DNA of 34,540 nt from a bacterium (lineage in GTDB: Bacteria > SZUA-182 > JBHHXV01), in assembly GCA_046757225.1 (NCBI GenBank), contig JBHHXV010000001.1:1-34540 (forward strand), read 5' to 3'. Below the pieces are notes generated by a model. The model saw nothing but the letters and a program-made list of their open reading frames with translations. It did not search any database and was not told the DNA's origin. Each line of letters opens with the position of its first letter. Within the stretch, counting starts at the first letter, position 1. The position numbers and the translations under genes are program-made. Shown here piece after piece: positions 33,246 to 34,540 of this stretch.

Positions 33246-34021
33246 AGATACTTTTTATCGGAGATATAATAGCCAAGGCTGGCCGCCGGCTTACCTCCCG
33301 ACTGCTGCCGGAGGTGGTCGAAAAGCAGTCGATCGATTTTATTATCGCCAACGGGGAGAACAGCGCCGGGGGAAACGGGATTACCCCCAAAGTCGCCCGG
33401 GAATTATTTTCCTTGGGGGTAGATGTTATCACCACCGGCAATCATGTCTGGGACAAGAAAGAGGTGCTGGAAATCATGGGGCAGGAGCCGTATCTTCTCC
33501 GTCCGGCCAACTACCCTCCCAGGGTTCCCGGAAAGGGGTACTGCATAAAAGAAACGTTTCCCGGCGAAACCAGGGTGGCGGTCTTGAATATTTCCGGCCG
33601 GGTGTTCATGCCTCCCCTGGACTGCCCTTTTCAGGTAATCGACAAATGCCTTAAAGAGATGAAAGCGGATGTTGTCATTGTGGATTTTCACGCTGAGGCC
33701 ACTTCGGAGAAAATGGCCATGGGGTGGTATCTGGACGGCCGGGTTTCCGCGGTAATCGGTACCCATACCCACGTTCAGACCGCTGATGAACGGGTTCTTC
33801 ACGGAGGAACCGCTTACATAACCGACGCGGGGATGACCGGCCCCTTAGACTCGATTATCGGGGTGGAGAAAGAACCGGCCCTGAACCGTTTTCTGCTGGG
33901 AATGCCCGCCAAATTCCACCCGGCCAGAGAGGATTTGATTTTCTGCGGGGTGATCATAGAGGTTAATGAGAAAACCGGGAAGGCGGCCGGGATAAGCCGG
34001 TTACAGATTCCCGCTCCCTGA
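33242..34021 (+). CDS. ymdB: YmdB-family metallophosphoesterase (2',3'-cyclic-nucleotide phosphodiesterase)
   Basis: MKILFIGDI....GR........LP.......DF.IANGEN.AGG.GIT......L...GVD.IT.GNH.WD, and ..DFHAEATSEK.A.GWYLDGRVSAV.GTHTHV.TAD.R.L..GTAYI.D.GMTG. Confidence 0.85.
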   Translation: MKILFIGDIIAKAGRRLTSRLLPEVVEKQSIDFIIANGENSAGGNGITPKVARELFSLGVDVITTGNHVWDKKEVLEIMGQEPYLLRPANYPPRVPGKGYCIKETFPGETRVAVLNISGRVFMPPLDCPFQVIDKCLKEMKADVVIVDFHAEATSEKMAMGWYLDGRVSAVIGTHTHVQTADERVLHGGTAYITDAGMTGPLDSIIGVEKEPALNRFLLGMPAKFHPAREDLIFCGVIIEVNEKTGKAAGISRLQIPAP

Positions 34022-34045
34022 ATTCCCTGATGTACGGATTTCGGC

Positions 34046-34074
34046 TTGACAATTACTTGTTTTTTAGTTAATAT
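34046..34074 (+). promoter_or_regulatory. Consensus sigma70 promoter for the initiator tRNA
   Basis: TTGACA (34046..34051), 17-nt spacer, TAATAT (34069..34074), about 24 nt upstream of the tRNA 5' end. The -35 element is embedded in the recurring word ATTTCGGCTTGACA. Confidence 0.7.
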
Positions 34075-34097
34075 CTTTCTTTAGAGTCAAGGCTTGA

Positions 34098-34174
<77 letters not shown>

Positions 34175-34185
34175 AACAAACTCAA

Positions 34186-34216
34186 GGGGTTGGCAGATTT
34201 GCCAGCCCCTTTTTTA
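34186..34216 (+). terminator. Rho-independent terminator after tRNA-fMet
   Basis: GGGGTTGGCA-gatt-TGCCAGCCCC, a 10-bp stem with one G:U pair, followed by TTTTTT. Confidence 0.8.
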
Positions 34217-34245
34217 TGAGCATTAAGAAGCAGGATACCCGCCGG

Positions 34246-34540
34246 TCAGGTGAGGGTTTCGTCTAAACCACGCAATATACCCTCTATTTGATCCGTACCC
34301 GGCAACCCGCCCTGTCTGCCGATTTCATAGGAACGGCGCAACACCTTGACCCCCTCTTCCTTCTGCCCGTTTGCAGCCAGAACCTGGCCCCAGACCCGCC
34401 CTACCTGAAACAGTCCCATACCGTTCCCGGTTTCCTCTGCCAACCGGTAAGACTGGCGTTCCAGGGCAAGAAACGTTTCATGATCTTCTTTCTGGTCGGC
34501 TATCATCGCCATATTATGCAAGATAGCCATCTCCCCGCTT
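34246..34540 (-). CDS. TPR-like repeat protein, C-terminal fragment (N-terminus beyond the right window edge)
   Basis: The frame stays open upstream of the track ATG 34530 to the window end. A helical-repeat pattern (..AMIADQKEDHETFLALERQSYRLAEETGNGMGLFQVGRVWGQVLAANGQKEEG..) suggests TPR-type pairs. Confidence 0.4.
   Translation of the reverse strand, partial: SGEMAILHNMAMIADQKEDHETFLALERQSYRLAEETGNGMGLFQVGRVWGQVLAANGQKEEGVKVLRRSYEIGRQGGLPGTDQIEGILRGLDETLT

Overview
Bacterial chromosomal segment of about 34.5 kb, densely packed with housekeeping genes. The host looks diderm: there is an outer-membrane porin, several lipoproteins and system I cytochrome c maturation. The taxon cannot be determined from the sequence. 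A CXXXY-type CcmE, RNase Y plus YmdB and HAF repeats would fit a Desulfobacterota-like anaerobe, at low confidence.

Gene order, left to right:
- HAF-repeat secreted protein (partial)
- mutS (one in-frame TAA), accD, transaldolase, RmlC-like cupin, PhnP-like MBL hydrolase, anmK, efp, smpB
- tRNA-Gln, two small lipoproteins, tRNA-Ser
- ppiD, ychF, ArsS-family radical SAM protein, DUF547 protein
- ABC-F ATPase (minus strand)
- Fur-box promoter, OprB-like porin, feoB
- tRNA-Thr, lepA
- periplasmic HEAT-repeat protein, ccmH-like, ccmF and a collapsed ccmE (all minus strand)
- pheT, ZapB-like coiled coil, zapA, 6S RNA, 5-formyl-THF cyclo-ligase
- rny, SGNH-like protein, ymdB, initiator tRNA-Met, TPR protein (partial)

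I saw no CRISPR array, rRNA, transposase, integrase or recognisable defence system.

The signals least explained by ordinary annotation are:
1. An ~80-nt structured repeat (called S here) with three copies. Each sits exactly at the 5' end of an unrelated gene (ABC-F, feoB, ccmE), and each has an ATG in frame with that gene.
2. A second repeat of ~110 nt (called D here) with two intergenic copies whose ~80-nt core is identical.
3. Two disrupted core genes: mutS has an in-frame stop, and ccmE has a frameshift plus the loss of about 45 aa.
4. An atypical ccm cluster: CXXXY CcmE, a CxCxC CcmH and a periplasmic PBS-lyase-like HEAT protein.
5. A Fur-box-controlled porin-feoB operon with no feoA.

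All alignments and folds were done by eye, so coordinates of RNA and repeat ends are approximate.
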